From assembly GCA_028534125.1 (NCBI GenBank), contig CM052818.1:43898001-43962000 (forward strand): 64,000 bases of DNA, in the 5' to 3' direction. The position numbers and the translations under genes are program-made. Below, one piece after another: positions 34,504 to 47,859 of the stretch. The notes beneath the pieces are model-generated. The model searched no databases. It was not told where the DNA came from and saw only the letters and a program-made list of their open reading frames with translations. The DNA comes from Lama glama (taxonomy: Eukaryota). Within the stretch, counting starts at the first letter, position 1. Every line of letters begins with the position of its first letter.

Positions 34504-34828
34504 CGGTCAGCACTCCACATCCGAGGGTTCCACATCCATGGAGTCAACCAACCACGGATCAAAAGTATTTGAGAGAAAAAAATTCCTGAAAGTTCCAAGA
34601 AGCAAAACTTGAATTTGCCTGCATCAGCAATTATTTCCACAGCATTTACATTGTGTTAGGTATTATGAGTAATCTGCAGATGATTCAAAGCATACGGGAG
34701 GATGTACATAGGTTATATGCGAATGGAAAATGTTTACATAAGGGGCTTGAGCATCTGTGGACTTTGGCATCTGACAGGGAGCAGGGGGGTTCCTGGAGCC
34801 TCCCCATTGTGGATACGGAGGACGCCTG
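34504..34828. mobile_element. MER2-like Tigger (TcMar) MITE
   Basis: Degenerate TIRs cggtcagcactccacatcc / ggatacggaggacgcctg; internal cagcatttacattgtgttaggtattat...aggttatatgc typical of MER2. Confidence 0.8.
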
Positions 34829-35267
34829 AATCACCAGCACCACCTCCGCTACTCTTAGTATGAGACAGACACTGCTGGGATGCCCCGCCAGGAATTTGGG
34901 ATCCATCAGGAGCCACAGAGTTTCACCAGGGCAGACCAAGGGTCTCTCCCACTTCCCTCTTCTCAGAGTTCACTAAACTTTCTCGAGGAAACACAGGGAA
35001 AGCTGGCCCAAGAGCACATTTTGAAAACTCTTTCCTTAGCTCATCATCTCCCCTCCGACCAGGGCCCTTCCTAGGTCATCTCAGGGGAAAAAAAATAATT
35101 TAGCCTGATGCTTATAAGAAGCCCTAAGTCCCCAGATGGTGAGAGAGAATCAGCCCTCATTGTAGACCACAGTGTTCTAGACACAGCCTCCAGGTACGGG
35201 GCCATTTCAGAGACAGGCATATTCAAGAAGATACTTCAGGCTTTCTGCTTAAGCCAGAGGAGGCTTT

Positions 35268-35493
35268 TTCCCCTTTTCCCTTTACTTTTGTTTTTTGATT
35301 GAAGTATAGTCGGTTTACAATGTCATGTTAATTTCTGGTGTACAGCATAGTGATTCAGTTATACATACATATATATATATTCCTTTTCATTACAGGCTAT
35401 TATGAGATATTGAATATAGTTCCCTGCACTGTACAGGAGGACCTTGTTGCTTATCTGTTTTACATACAGCGGTGTGTATCTGCAGATCCCAAA
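35268..35493 (-). mobile_element. 5'-truncated L1 3' end (artiodactyl-type)
   Basis: T-rich tail then ttgaagtatagtc...ttctggtgtacagcatagtgattcag...atagttccctg; flanked by gaggcttt TSD (35260-35267, 35494-35501). Confidence 0.8.
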
Positions 35494-35519
35494 GAGGCTT
35501 TCTTGATGCGTTACATAGC

Positions 35520-35750
35520 CAGGGCCCAAACTGGGGAAGGGACATAAAGTGCTTACCTTAGGCACAAAGTTTAAAGGGGAACCAAACCCTCAGAAGTCAA
35601 GGGAAATAATATTTTAATGCAATACGTAAAAAAACAAAATCAAACAAAAAACCCATAATGGAAACTACATACAGAGTTTAAATAAAGAGTAACTCAGTAT
35701 TTCTGATTATGTTCCTTTTGCCTCAGGCTCCAGATGGCTGGTCAGGCCCC
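35520..35750 (+). mobile_element. MER96/MER96B-like hAT-Tip100 element
   Basis: cagggcc...cacaaagtttaaagggg...aaataatattttaatgcaata...ccttttgcctcaggctcc. Confidence 0.65.
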
Positions 35751-36008
35751 GTAACCGATCCTGTCTTTTCCCAGAGGAGGGGAGAAAAGAAAGAAGGAAA
35801 TTAGCAGTATTTCTTTTCTGCATTTAGATTATGACAAGCACTTAGCATTTTCTTCGTGGTGGCAGTGAATGATACACAGGCTTAATCCCATTTACAGGGG
35901 AGAAAAACCAAGGTGCAGCAAAGGTAAGTCACTGTTGTTGGCTTGTACAGGCTGGAGAGAATTCAAACCCAGAGCAAGTGGTGGTGGCTGAGTTCTTTTA
36001 AAAGACAG

Positions 36009-36520
36009 TGTATTAGTCAGCTCAGGCAGCCATAACAAAATACCCCTGACTGGCGAGCTTCAACAATAGGAATTTATGTTCTCACAGTTTTAGAGGCTGG
36101 AAATCCAAGATCAAGGTGTTTGTAGGGTTGGTTTCTTCTGAGACCTCTCTCCTTGCCTTGCAGGTGACAACCTTCTCACTGCGTCCTCATGTGGCCTCTT
36201 CTCAGTGAACACACTCCGGGAGATTTTTTTACCACCTCCAGGCATCTCTGTTCCTCCTCTGCTCTGGAGTCCACACTGCCTCCCTAGTGCCATAGCATCA
36301 AATTCAGACTCCTTCCCCTGGTGTCTTCTCTGCAGAAAATGAGCTCATCTGTCTTCTTATAGGGGTAACTAACCCTATTGGATTAGGGCCTCATTCTTAA
36401 GCCCTCATTTAACCGTAATTACCTCCTCACTGGCTTTATCTCCAAATGCAGTCACATGGAAGGCTAGGCCTTCAACAAATGAATTTGGGGGTGAGGAGAG
36501 ACACAATTCAGTCTATAATA
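36009..36520 (-). mobile_element. MLT1-type MaLR solo LTR
   Basis: tgtattagtc...ttctcacagttttagaggctggaaatccaagatcaaggtg...cacaattcagtctataata; 5-bp TSD gacag/aacag. Confidence 0.8.
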
Positions 36521-37149
36521 AACAGTTACTGTGCTGTGAGACTTTGTTATTACAAATGTCACCATGATTACTAAGACCATATCTCTGTCCTTAGAATTTA
36601 TGATTCACTTGAGTCATGAAAGATTTACATAAAGTAATACTACCATCAAGTCAGCTATAGAAACTCCAATTATAAAATATAAACCAACTAAAAGCAAGCA
36701 GGGAATTTTGTTTGCCACTTCATCCTTTAGAGTCATCCTTGGCAAAAAGCAGGGGAGATATAGATATGCCTAAAATACATTTGGAAGCTCCAGAGAAGAA
36801 AAAAAATCTTTCCAACCAGGACATGAAACAAGGAAAGCATTTGGCCTTGATATCGTCACAGAATATTAGCAGGTCAAGACGGAAGAGTGTGTCCAAGAGA
36901 AGATACCATGAAAGTCCTGGGATAAGGTGTGCCTGAGGCAGAAGCAGAGGCTGCAGAGAGGGGGGCCAAGGTCATTGTCAGGCCATAGGGGAGTGTTACT
37001 GCTGAGGTAAGATGCCAGGACTTCATGCCATGGACGAGCTGTTCCCCTGGCCTCCAGATGAAAGAGCCTTATTGGCCAGAAGTCACATGGTGTAGCAGAA
37101 AGTGCACTAGACCCTGTGCTAGCTGCATTTTCTTCTTCTTTTATATACT

Positions 37150-37545
37150 TGTATTAGTTATCTGTTGCTGCATAACAGATTTCCCCCCACACACAGCTTC
37201 CGTTTCCAAGGCCACTCATTTAGGTATCGGCAGGGTTCAAGTCGTTAAATGTTGTTAGACTGAGCAATCTCAGTTCTGAGTCACATGAGCCTGTCCCAAG
37301 GGCAGTTTACAGCATGACAACTTGCTTGTTTAGAGCAAACACCCAAGAAGAGCCAGTGACAAAGGACAAGCCAGACGGAAGTCACAGGATTTTATAGCTA
37401 ATCTTGGATGTGACATCCCACATCATCTTGCCATAGTCTGCTTGTTAGAAGTGAGCCACCAAGGCCATCCCAAACACAAGAGAGGATTCCACAGGGCGTG
37501 ACCACCAGTGGTAATCAGGAGCCTTGTCAGAAGGTACCTGCCCTG
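37150..37545 (-). mobile_element. MLT1-type LTR (older subfamily)
   Basis: tgtattagttatctgttgctgcataaca start; gttagaagtgagccac...ccacagggcgtg later. Confidence 0.65.
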
Positions 37546-38549
37546 CATTCTCTGGGGTGGCCTATTAAAATCTTGGGGTGCAATCACTGTGTTTAACAGG
37601 AAGGAGTAGAAGCTGGAAGCTGCTGGACTACACCAAGAGAAGTGATACACTTCTGATTTTCTTCAAGAATTCTTCCCTCGGGCATGGTGGCTCCATGGCT
37701 GAGCAATGGACTATCTCTGTATCTCCTTCTCCCATCTTGATGTACCTTGAGATGCCCAAGCCTTTCCCTGGAATCTAAGACTAGGCAGAGAATGCCCCCA
37801 TCTGGAGACTTGGAGGCCCTGAAGACCTAGCGCCATGTTTGAATTTCCCTCTGTACCCACAGTGCCAGGACAGTGATGGATGCATGTTGGTGGTTATCAT
37901 TGTTTTCTGGATAAATCAATCTGTGTGTGGCCTTCCTCTAGACACCTGGTGTTGTGGAAAGAGTCCAGACTTTGGAGTGGGGCAGAGAGACCTGGGATGG
38001 ATGCAAATCTGCCCACGCCTCTGCACTTCTGTGACCCCCCCCCCCAGGGCCCTCCGTCTGGGCTTGAGTGAAAGGGGCTGCATCTTGTCATCCCGTCTTC
38101 AAATGCCTCTTGGATGTTTCTAAATGATTACTTTTTATGTCCACATTTCACAACTAAAATGATTTCATTGTGTTCTGAAAATCTACTTAATTGAATGTTC
38201 TCTTTGTCAACCCAATAAACTGCTAGTTTTGCAATAAGATTCCCCTGGCTCCTTTCCTGGGAGGTTTTAGTGTGAGACATTCACTCATGTAACTAGAAAT
38301 ATAGCAACAAATGCCTGTCAAAGCTTGGTTCTGTTGATAGTCCACTTTCTAAGCAGCAAGCACCGTACCAGGTTCTAGGCAGGGCATAGTGGATCATATA
38401 AGAACTCACAGTATAATGACAGGCACCTCCCACACACTGCCCTGTTTCCTCATTGGAGAGTTTTTCCTTTTTCTCTTTTCCTATCACATTTTCACTTGGG
38501 CCATGAATCACCAAGACTTTCTTACACACATGAAATGACCACAGGAGAG

Positions 38550-39075
38550 GCATAAATGTACCAGATATAAGACGGCCACAGATTTTTGACACTCCTCCCA
38601 TTAAGAGGTGGAGTCCAGCCCCCTCCTCTTGAATATAAACTCACGTGGGACTGTTTAGACCAATAAAGAATGGTGGAAGTGATGCATGGTCAGTTCTTGC
38701 CACGATCTTGCCTTTGAGAAGACTGGAAGGTTCTTCCTCAGTCTTTTGGAGCCCTGAGCTTCGATGCAATACGGCCATTCACCTACCCTCCAAGAGAAAC
38801 CACACAGAAAGGCCCAAAAGATGATCCGGAAATGGAGAGGGGCCCAGTGGAGCCAAATCTTCTGGGCAAAGCTTGGCAAACATCAGGCATGAGAATGAAA
38901 GCCATCTCGATCCCTCCAGACCAGACCAGCAGCCAACAGGACACCACTGAGTGAATGGCATTATTCCACCTGCCCAAACTCCTCCCCCACAAAGTCATGG
39001 TATAACAACATGGTGGCTGTTTCCCGCCATTCAGTATCAGGTCAGTTTTTGACTCAGTGGTAGAAAGCTGGAACA
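38550..39075 (+). mobile_element. MLT1-type LTR (G/H-like)
   Basis: ttgacactcctcccattaagaggtggagtc...gaatggtggaagtgatg...tagaaagctggaaca. Confidence 0.7.
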
Positions 39076-42000
39076 GAGCAGATAGTCGTCTTCCTGGGTC
39101 TGCCAGGCAGTTCCCCTAGGAGGTCTCACCGAGAGGAATGAAAAAATTCCTACAGTAAGAAGATACTTGATAAACACGGGTTGAATGACCCCCAAGCCCT
39201 CCTTCTTCTGATGCCCTGGCTAACGGCATGTCCTCGCTCCTGATGTGTACAGAATCCTTTGACGATGATTGTATAATGACTTCTGATTAATCTGCCATGA
39301 TTGTATGCGGTGAACTTGACTTCCTTAATGCATTAGGAGCTCCTTGAAGGAAAGGGTTACATCTTCTCTCTCCTCTCTTCCATGCTCGTCACAGAGCTGG
39401 GGACACATGCATGCTGAGAAAATGCAGTTCCATTAAGAATACAGTGATTGCTTTTGACCTAGAGGTTTTAGAATTCATGCAGTCCTTGGAAGAGCCTTGA
39501 CCATCACTCAGGGCACCTCAGGTCAGCTCCTGCTCTGCCACTGATGTACCAGGTGCCTGTGATCCGGTCAGTTTCCCTCGCTAGAACTCAACTGCCTCAT
39601 CTGTAACATAAGGACATTAGATGAAATGATGCTTAATCCCCTTCCATCTCTGAGAGTCAGTTTTCCAAGAAAGGGTCTGTTTACTCATTTATTTTTCAAA
39701 CATTGCTAGTCAGCTGCCATAGACAACATCACTAGATCATGGACAGCAACACATATTTCTCCAAGAAGGAAGAGAGTGAGCTCCTTTCTTTAGGGAATTA
39801 CATGTCAAGGATCATCCACGTGGAGTCAAGAGGGCTCCTTTGTCTAATTCTAGGGAGATCAGCACTTTACAGCCAAACTTTCCCATAAAGATGGGCTCAG
39901 TACTTTTCCTGGCTGTGGGGAGAGGTACAGCCAGGCCAGGAGGACCCTCTCAGAAACCCCTTTCTTAATTTTCAAAATAACACCGATGCTTGTAGTAATC
40001 ATAACAAATATTTCTTAACCGCTATACACGTGGCCTTATTTCCTGCCACTCTGTGCGATGCATTATATGTAATTGATGGTCACACTCTCGACTCTCTGGA
40101 ATACCTTTCTCAGCTCCATGAATCTGGGCAAGATGCATCGTGAGCACCAGCTTTTGCAGGAATTCTCAGGTTGAGCGGAGAGCCCCTCCACTGTGCAGAG
40201 CTCCATCCTAGCCAAGCCATCTATTATTGAAATGATCGCCGCATGTTCCTATTTTCAATTTGTTAGCTCACTGAAAGTATGGATCGCATCCTGCTTGTGG
40301 CTGCATGTACAAGGCATAAACCATGCCTGCACATGATAAATGGCTGAAGGAGCCCTTGTCTGCTGGATTCCAGTTTATAAAAGGTCTTCATTATCATCCC
40401 TGCTGACCTAAGAAGAGAGGCAAGTGACCTTCTTCAGATTACCTAACCACTGCCCTCCTTCCCCAAAGATGCTTGCTAAAACTCTTCCCCCCATCCTGAG
40501 AATATAGAGCTTCTTTTCTGGTGGGAGGCAGAGACCTCACACCCTCCCCTCCCCGTGGATACATATCTTTTGTGTTCTGTGTCTGGGAAATGCCCCAGGA
40601 TTCCCTGCTGTGTTACCCTGGGAGACTATTGCTCAACCCCAGCAGCTGTTCTGGAGGAAAAGAAAAAGCAGACATTCTGAATGTATCCTACATACAATGC
40701 AATATTGAACCAAAGCTCGCTAATGAGCGAGAGCACTTTTATTGTGCCGTCTACTTTCAGTGAGGTCTCGCTCTTAATTTCCAGTGGGCGTAGCAGGAAG
40801 TACAAGTATAAAAAAAGTAAAACATATAGATTACTAATACTGTTGCTATATAAAACAATATTTGGCCAAGATGGTTCAGATATGATTCAGTCCTTGTTCA
40901 TCAAGTTGCTAAATATTATTCAGTGAGCGGAGTCACCATATGGTTATAACTGAGTTTCCTGGGGAGGCTGGGTGAGATACTGTGTTGGATATAGAATCTG
41001 GAAGGGTGTGTGTCTTTGGTGGTTGGAGTCTGGAGCAAGCTGCAGACTGCTAATGCCATTAAGCGCTCATGCAAAGACGCAAATGCACACGGCCAACGCG
41101 CAAGGCACGGTCCAGCACAGATCGTGCTGGGAGGCTGGTTTCTTTCAGAAACTGTTGAGGAGTGGGAAAAGCCACACATCTAGACCCAGATGTAATCTTT
41201 AGAGAAAAATGTGTGTGGGCAAGTACAGTACCAGCTGGGAAAGTCTAAATGACTGAAACCTATGACTCAGAAATCTTGAATTGCCTTGAACTTAACGAAG
41301 CTCTGTGGGGATGACTCAGTTCATTCATGTCCTTAGCTTGCAGGTTTAAATGCTTGCAGAAGGGGCTGTTGTCCAGAGCTTGGAAGATCAGATCCCACAG
41401 AGGAAACATGACTCGTGCCAGGAGGTGGTCTGGGGTGCGTGACGCGGGAGCAGGGGCTGGGGAGGCAGGGGAGCGGGTGCGCGTTCTTCCGGCAGGCTGA
41501 GCATCCTCAGGCAAGTGCAGTGCTCTCCGGACCCGACTCCTGTCCTCGGAAAATGGGAAGGAGCGAGCAGATGGTTTTTAATATTTTGTCAGCTTTGATA
41601 CACTGGTTATCTAGGGTCCCCACAAGAAACAGAATTTGCCCCGGATGGTTCAAATAAAGAGATTCTAACACGGGGACTCTTTGTAGATGTCTGTGCCAAG
41701 TTAGGAGAATAAATGAGAAAGAGTGAGGCATCTGGAGACCAGTAAAGGCAGGAAGCCATTGTCACTCCATGGCCAAATGGACCAAAGGAAAACAGTGTTA
41801 CTGGAAGCCAGTAAGAGTTGGAACTCTGGAGAAGCCCACCCAGGGCCCTGGAGCCATAGTCCCCAGGGGACACAGCTCCCCAGCAACAATGAGGATGCAA
41901 GGAGAGGACAGAAAAGGAAAAGCTTGGACTGTATCTTCTCCCCCACCACCCTTCAGTTTCTTGTGGGTGCCCTTATCGCCATACCCAACTGGGTGCCATC

Positions 42001-43227
42001 AGCCAGGTCAGGCTAGGCCACAGGGATTGGAGCAGCGCAGAGAAGGGTAGAGCATGCATCTGAAGTGGGCGAAGACAGAAATGCTGGCACATATTTGATG
42101 ACATTATTCATGTTATTATGCCTCTACATTAGGGAAAAGGGCAGAACACTTCTTTTTCTGGAGTGATTGAAGAATTGGAGAATAAATCTCAAGTAGCAGA
42201 GTTCCTGAGGGCAGGGACCAGGTTTTGCTCTTTCTTTAACCCATCAGAATCTATCACAATGTCTGGCACATAGTAGATAATCCGGAAATATTTGGTGAAT
42301 TAAAGACTGATCACAAATCAACATTTATAAACATCTACAAGTGTCCAGGGTGCAACATATGGTGGATGCTCTGCTAATACCTGTCAAATGAATAATGAAT
42401 GTGTAAGTTCAAAGAAAATTATGTAATCTCTTGGACAAAAGGTTCTGCAAACCTCAGGCTAACCCTTGGTATTTTTGCCTTCATAGTTGTTTTGAATATG
42501 ATCGATGGTTATCATTGCACAATCTATGTAAATTTCCTGGACTCTGAAAGTGGACCCTGGTCCAATATTATAATAGATGAATAAGCAAGAGAGGCCTTAC
42601 AAGAGACATCTTCTGCTTTCTTCAGGGCTGAGTTTTCCCAGCAGGAGTGCGTGCAAAAGTGGAATGTTTGGCACATTCAAATACATGTGAAATCACCTCC
42701 TGACAGGTAGATGTTCTAACAGGGGGATGTTCTTTAGAGTCAACAAGCGATGGATGGACATCCAGCTCCACCATCACTCAGCTCTCTGGCTTGAGACAAA
42801 TACTTGACCCAGTGAGCCTCAGGTGTGGTTTAATGCTGTCTCATAGGGTCAGTGTAAGAAATGAATGAGATGATTGTGTCAAGTTCCTGGTCATGAGCCC
42901 AACAAGAAATAGATGATGACTTCTCAGCTCCATCTTTCTAGCGGAGTCCTTGATGTCCTTAGAGTTGATGTATAGCGTGAGATCAATGATGAGCAGACAT
43001 TTCTTGCATTGCTATCTATGTCACACTTAAAAGAAAGTCACTTTTTATTATGGGAACAACCCTGTGCATAAAAGAAACGTAAGAAATAGTCAAAATTACA
43101 GAACACATCTTGCAGTTTGTATCTAGGAACTGATGTGCACATGTGTCACCTCAGGACACAGAGGATCGTCACAGGTGTGTGTTAGCAATTCTCCTTTTTG
43201 GTACTTACTTAGCTCCTGTGATGACAC

Positions 43228-43530
43228 TGTGGTGTGAAGAGCCACCAGCCACTCTCCCACACTTCTTAAAGATGGTCAAGTCCAGTTCCCTCTATAGAGA
43301 TTGAAATGCCAGATGCCTTTTTTCCCAGCCTTCCTTGCAGCTAAGCCAGGCCATGTGATACAAAGTGACCAATGGATCTGGAGACATTTTTTTTTGTTAG
43401 AATATTTCTTTTTGTTCTGAGTTCCTGAAATAGCTCCAGAATAATAAACGTGAAATTGGTGTCTTTTGTCATTTATAACCATCCCCTTTCAATTATACCT
43501 GAGTTTGTGATAATGAGGTGACTTTTGGCC
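43228..43530. mobile_element. LTR16/33-like fragment followed by MER21-like fragment
   Basis: ttcccagccttccttgcagctaag...ccatgtga...ccaatg, then cccctttcaattatacctgagttt...taatgaggtgact. Confidence 0.5.
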
Positions 43531-43741
43531 TTCTGCTGGCCTTCAGAGCCCTGCTCCAGCATCGTGACCTTAAGAAAAATCTTCCTGAGATTCCTACATT
43601 CAGCTACATGCCCTTCCTCTGTGCATCCTTAGTGGTCAGTCATTATATCCTTTTTTGGCATCCATCATATTTAAAATGAAATAAATTGTATATCTGTCCA
43701 AATACATTATATTTTTCCTAAAAGCAGAGGCTAAACAATAG

Positions 43742-43835
43742 TCTTTCTTCTTTCCTTTTTTCTTTCTTCTTCCCTCTTATCTTCCTCCTCCTCTTTCATC
43801 TCCTTTATCTCCTTTCCCTCTTTTTGCTTCTTCTA
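43742..43835 (+). repeat. CT-rich low-complexity polypyrimidine tract
   Basis: ~90 nt almost purine-free. Confidence 0.7.
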
Positions 43836-44279
43836 TATGTTCAAGGTATGGTATAGTGAAGTTCTTGACCATCAATGAGTATCAAAACTCTTTATAGACC
43901 AGGATTAAACTGGGTACTATGGGTAACACAGAATAGCAAAAGGTGGTGATTAAGGGCAGAGACCGCTCTGTTCAACTTCGCAATCCTAGTGCATGGTCCA
44001 GAGGAAGTGCTCAGGAAATGTTTGCTGAATGAGAAAAAAAATTAGACTTGAGCAGAATCAATTTTATTGAAATGACAAACTTGACATAAGAATCATTTTG
44101 GATGTGAATCAACACTGCTTGCACTGAATTAGGTAATAGTGATATTTTATAAATATGGATTGAATAAATGATGTATACTGTTAATACAACCAGAATTTCA
44201 AATTTAAAATTCCATACCTTGTGAAATAGGACTCTATCTTGATAGCTAATGTCTTTGCTCCGTAGTTTATTCTTCTCTG

Positions 44280-44575
44280 ATGATTTGAATTATTAGCTTC
44301 AAAATATACTAAGCACTCATATGTAAAATGGATCATTTTCTGTAATCTTTATTTTATTACCTTGCGTCTTACCAGAGTGCCAACACTGTTTTAATCAGCG
44401 TGTGTGAATGGGTGATGTGAGTGTCCCACTTTTGTCTTCCTTTTCTTCCCGATGTTTTTCAATCATATTCTTAGACATTTAAGGATCCAGATAAACACTG
44501 GGCTCAAATGTTAAGCTCCATAAACATCTCAAAATGATTGCTTAAGTCTGAGATGGTATTAAATTTAGAGATTAT
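44280..44575 (-). mobile_element. Ancient L1M ORF2 fragment
   Basis: Degenerate similarity to antisense L1 ORF2 (ccaacactgtttt...tattct...gtattaaatttaga) in an AT-rich block. Confidence 0.4.
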
Positions 44576-44867
44576 GTGATACAACACAGCACAGTGAATA
44601 AAAGCACAGTTTTGAAATTAAATGCCCGGAAACAAAAATGACTTTACAATTTTCTGACCTGTAGTCTTGTGTCAAGTCAAGTGAATCCATTTCTTCATTT
44701 ATAAAATAATAGCAATAATAATAATATCTATACATAGGTTTGTCAACTAGATAAAATAAGAAAATTCATAGTGAATATTCAGCCCAGTGTCTGGTACTTT
44801 TAAAGTATTAACAGAGGTTAATTAGCTATTTAATTTCCCAACATTGTTCTCACACCTCCTACACGCC

Positions 44868-45367
44868 NNNNNNNNNNNNNNNNNNNNNNNNNNNNNNNNN
44901 NNNNNNNNNNNNNNNNNNNNNNNNNNNNNNNNNNNNNNNNNNNNNNNNNNNNNNNNNNNNNNNNNNNNNNNNNNNNNNNNNNNNNNNNNNNNNNNNNNNN
45001 NNNNNNNNNNNNNNNNNNNNNNNNNNNNNNNNNNNNNNNNNNNNNNNNNNNNNNNNNNNNNNNNNNNNNNNNNNNNNNNNNNNNNNNNNNNNNNNNNNNN
45101 NNNNNNNNNNNNNNNNNNNNNNNNNNNNNNNNNNNNNNNNNNNNNNNNNNNNNNNNNNNNNNNNNNNNNNNNNNNNNNNNNNNNNNNNNNNNNNNNNNNN
45201 NNNNNNNNNNNNNNNNNNNNNNNNNNNNNNNNNNNNNNNNNNNNNNNNNNNNNNNNNNNNNNNNNNNNNNNNNNNNNNNNNNNNNNNNNNNNNNNNNNNN
45301 NNNNNNNNNNNNNNNNNNNNNNNNNNNNNNNNNNNNNNNNNNNNNNNNNNNNNNNNNNNNNNNNNNN
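44868..45367. other. Assembly gap (500 N)
   Basis: Run of N; the round length suggests a scaffolding placeholder. Confidence 0.99.
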
Positions 45368-45999
45368 AAAAATACATAAATAGAAGAGAAATTAGAAGCT
45401 GCCAGGAGTAGACCTCAGCTTCCTTCTCTAGAAGCATTATTTGGGGTTCCTGGGGCCAGGATGGCTGGACATCCAAACTCTGTTCTGTAATCCTTAGTTC
45501 TGCACAATCTAAATGGGAATTTTGAAGCACTCGTTGATTGCTGCTGCTTAGAATGAAAAACAAACAATATGCAGTGGAAGGGATCTTAAAATAGAGGTGA
45601 GTTTCCAGTTGATTGTTCAAGCCGGGCTATGTTTTGAGGCTGAAAGAATTGAAATTTGATATTCTTGAAAACATTTATTTATTGGCTGACAAATTAATTT
45701 CATAATATTGACTGCTTATAACGTAGTTTTATACAAAACTATTTTCAAAAATAAAATTCTTTTTAAAATAAAAATAACACACCTGGGAAAAATAATCTAT
45801 ATCCACGTGATATACACCCATATATCCACTAAAGCAAATGTCTTTATATTGACTACCTGAAGCCCAAAACAGCCTAAGCTGAAAAGATAGCTTTTGAGTA
45901 TATGCATACATTTTAAACAGTTTTTAAAGCTATTTATGTCTCCAGAATTATGTCAACATTTTTCTGAATTTGTAAAATTAGTCTTATTATTTTAATTTT

Positions 46000-46246
46000 T
46001 TCTTATTGAGTTATAGTCAGTTTCCAATGTTGTGTCAAGTTCTGGTGTACAGTGCAGTTTTCAGTCATACATGAATATACATATATTCATTTTCACATGC
46101 TTTTTCACCGTGAGGTATTACAAGAGCTTGAATATATTTCCCTGTGCTGTACAATATAAACTTGTTTATCTATTCTGTATATATATACACCTGTAGTTGT
46201 GGTATATTTGTACAATGGAATACTATTCAGCCATAAAAAATCACAA
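46000..46246 (-). mobile_element. L1 3' end with 5' inversion
   Basis: Same family as the 35268 copy over ~46000-46190, then a plus-strand L1 segment tgtggtatatttgtacaatggaatactattcagccataaaaaa; 17-bp TSD with 1 mismatch. Confidence 0.75.
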
Positions 46247-47141
46247 CTTATTACTTTAATTTTAATAAAATTGTCTCCAATCCTCTTCAAAGTTTCATTT
46301 TAAAATGTAAAACAAATTGAAATTTGATACTTTAAACTGACTTGTTTATCTAGAGCATGTTTTTAATTGTGAAAGGCCTCTCTGTGGACTCTGCAGTACA
46401 TGGGAGGACCGGAGCAAATTCTGCTCCTAATGAATATCCTTAAATACGTCCTTCATACTGAAGAGTATAAGTATTTCATCCAGATATTTTCCCAGGTTCT
46501 AACTTTGCCTCATTCAGAGTACTTTTTCTTTCTCCAATGTATTATTAGACAAGACTCCTCAAAAAAGTTATTTCTCATTTCGATTATTTAGAATATTCTG
46601 TCAAACACATTGAGGAATTTCAGAGTTCAAACTTGCACATCATTTATACTTTCATCATTTTTTGACTCGACTCTTCCCTTTGGAGGGATAAACTTAAATG
46701 TTTTCTGGTTTGAAAGCTTTGTTTTATTACCTGGAACTTACTCGGGACTTCAACAGCTGCAAGTGTTATTTGGATGTTTATTTGGACGTGTGTATTCCAT
46801 TTGTTGAATACCTTGGTTAAAGATTTCCATCTCCTTTTGAACAAAATATAACCAAAATTTAGAAGCCTGTTTGCAAAAAGTACCCTATCTCACTGTAAGG
46901 TAGTTAAGCTCATTGACAGAATAGTTTTGCAAAAATCAAATCTTTGTAAAATCTGATTAAAGAAAGAGAACAAAAAATGGAGACACATATACACTGATTT
47001 TTTTTTTAACATTCAACAGGTTTGTCAGCAGTTTTGTAGTTCAGTTACTTGGAATCTTAATTTGTGTGTATATTTATTTTTATATTTTGACCTTACAGCT
47101 TTTATTTTGATTGGTAGATTACTGTAGCTTCTCTAGATGGC

Positions 47142-47202
47142 TTTTTTTTTAAATTATTGAGGTATAATTGACATACAATATTATACCAGTTTCAGGGGTA
47201 CA
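47142..47202 (-). mobile_element. Very short L1 3' end
   Basis: Poly-T then attgaggtataattgacatacaatattataccagtttcaggggtaca; gatggc on both sides. Confidence 0.55.
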
Positions 47203-47291
47203 TGGATGGCATTGCTAATTATGTTTGCCTCACAAACAGTTCCAAACCCAGTTCTGTTCCATAGGCTTTGTGTGTGTGTGTGTGTGTGTGT

Positions 47292-47455
47292 ATTTTATTG
47301 AAGTATAGTCAGTTTACAATTTTGTGTCAATTTCTGGTGTACAGCATGATGCTTCAGTCATACATGAATATACGTACATTTGTTTTCATATTCTTTTTCA
47401 CCATGAGTTACTACAAGATGTTGAGTGTAGTTCCCTGTGCTAAACAGTATAAAAA
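47292..47455 (-). mobile_element. 5'-truncated L1 3' end with adjacent (TG)n
   Basis: Clearly similar to the 35268 and 46000 copies; (TG)n at 47268-47291. Confidence 0.75.
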
Positions 47456-47859
47456 TTTTATTTTTACATTACATTGTAAAAACAAATAATTTGATCTTTA
47501 ATGTTGAACTTTTAAACTGAATTTGCAGGAACATTTAAATAGCCCGACTTTGATTTCATGATTTAAAAAAGAAATTCGTTACCAAAATGATCTGCCTTTC
47601 CATTTGAATTATCTTTTGATGTAAAACCAGAACCATTTAACTCATTGTGAACTTCCGCTAATAGAGACAATGCATTAACAATCATAGTTTCACATTTGAT
47701 TGTGTGCAGAAGAAAACTCAGAATCTAGCATGAGCCAACTTCATTTGAATTGTGATTTGATCTAAATTCAAAGTCACACTCCACAAAATACTTACAAATA
47801 CACCTCCTGCCACTTCGTGTGTTAAATCATAATGAGACAGTGAAAAACAGATGTAAACA

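Noticed and set aside
44844..45620. Long ORFs containing X
   Set aside because: Artefacts of the 500-N gap.
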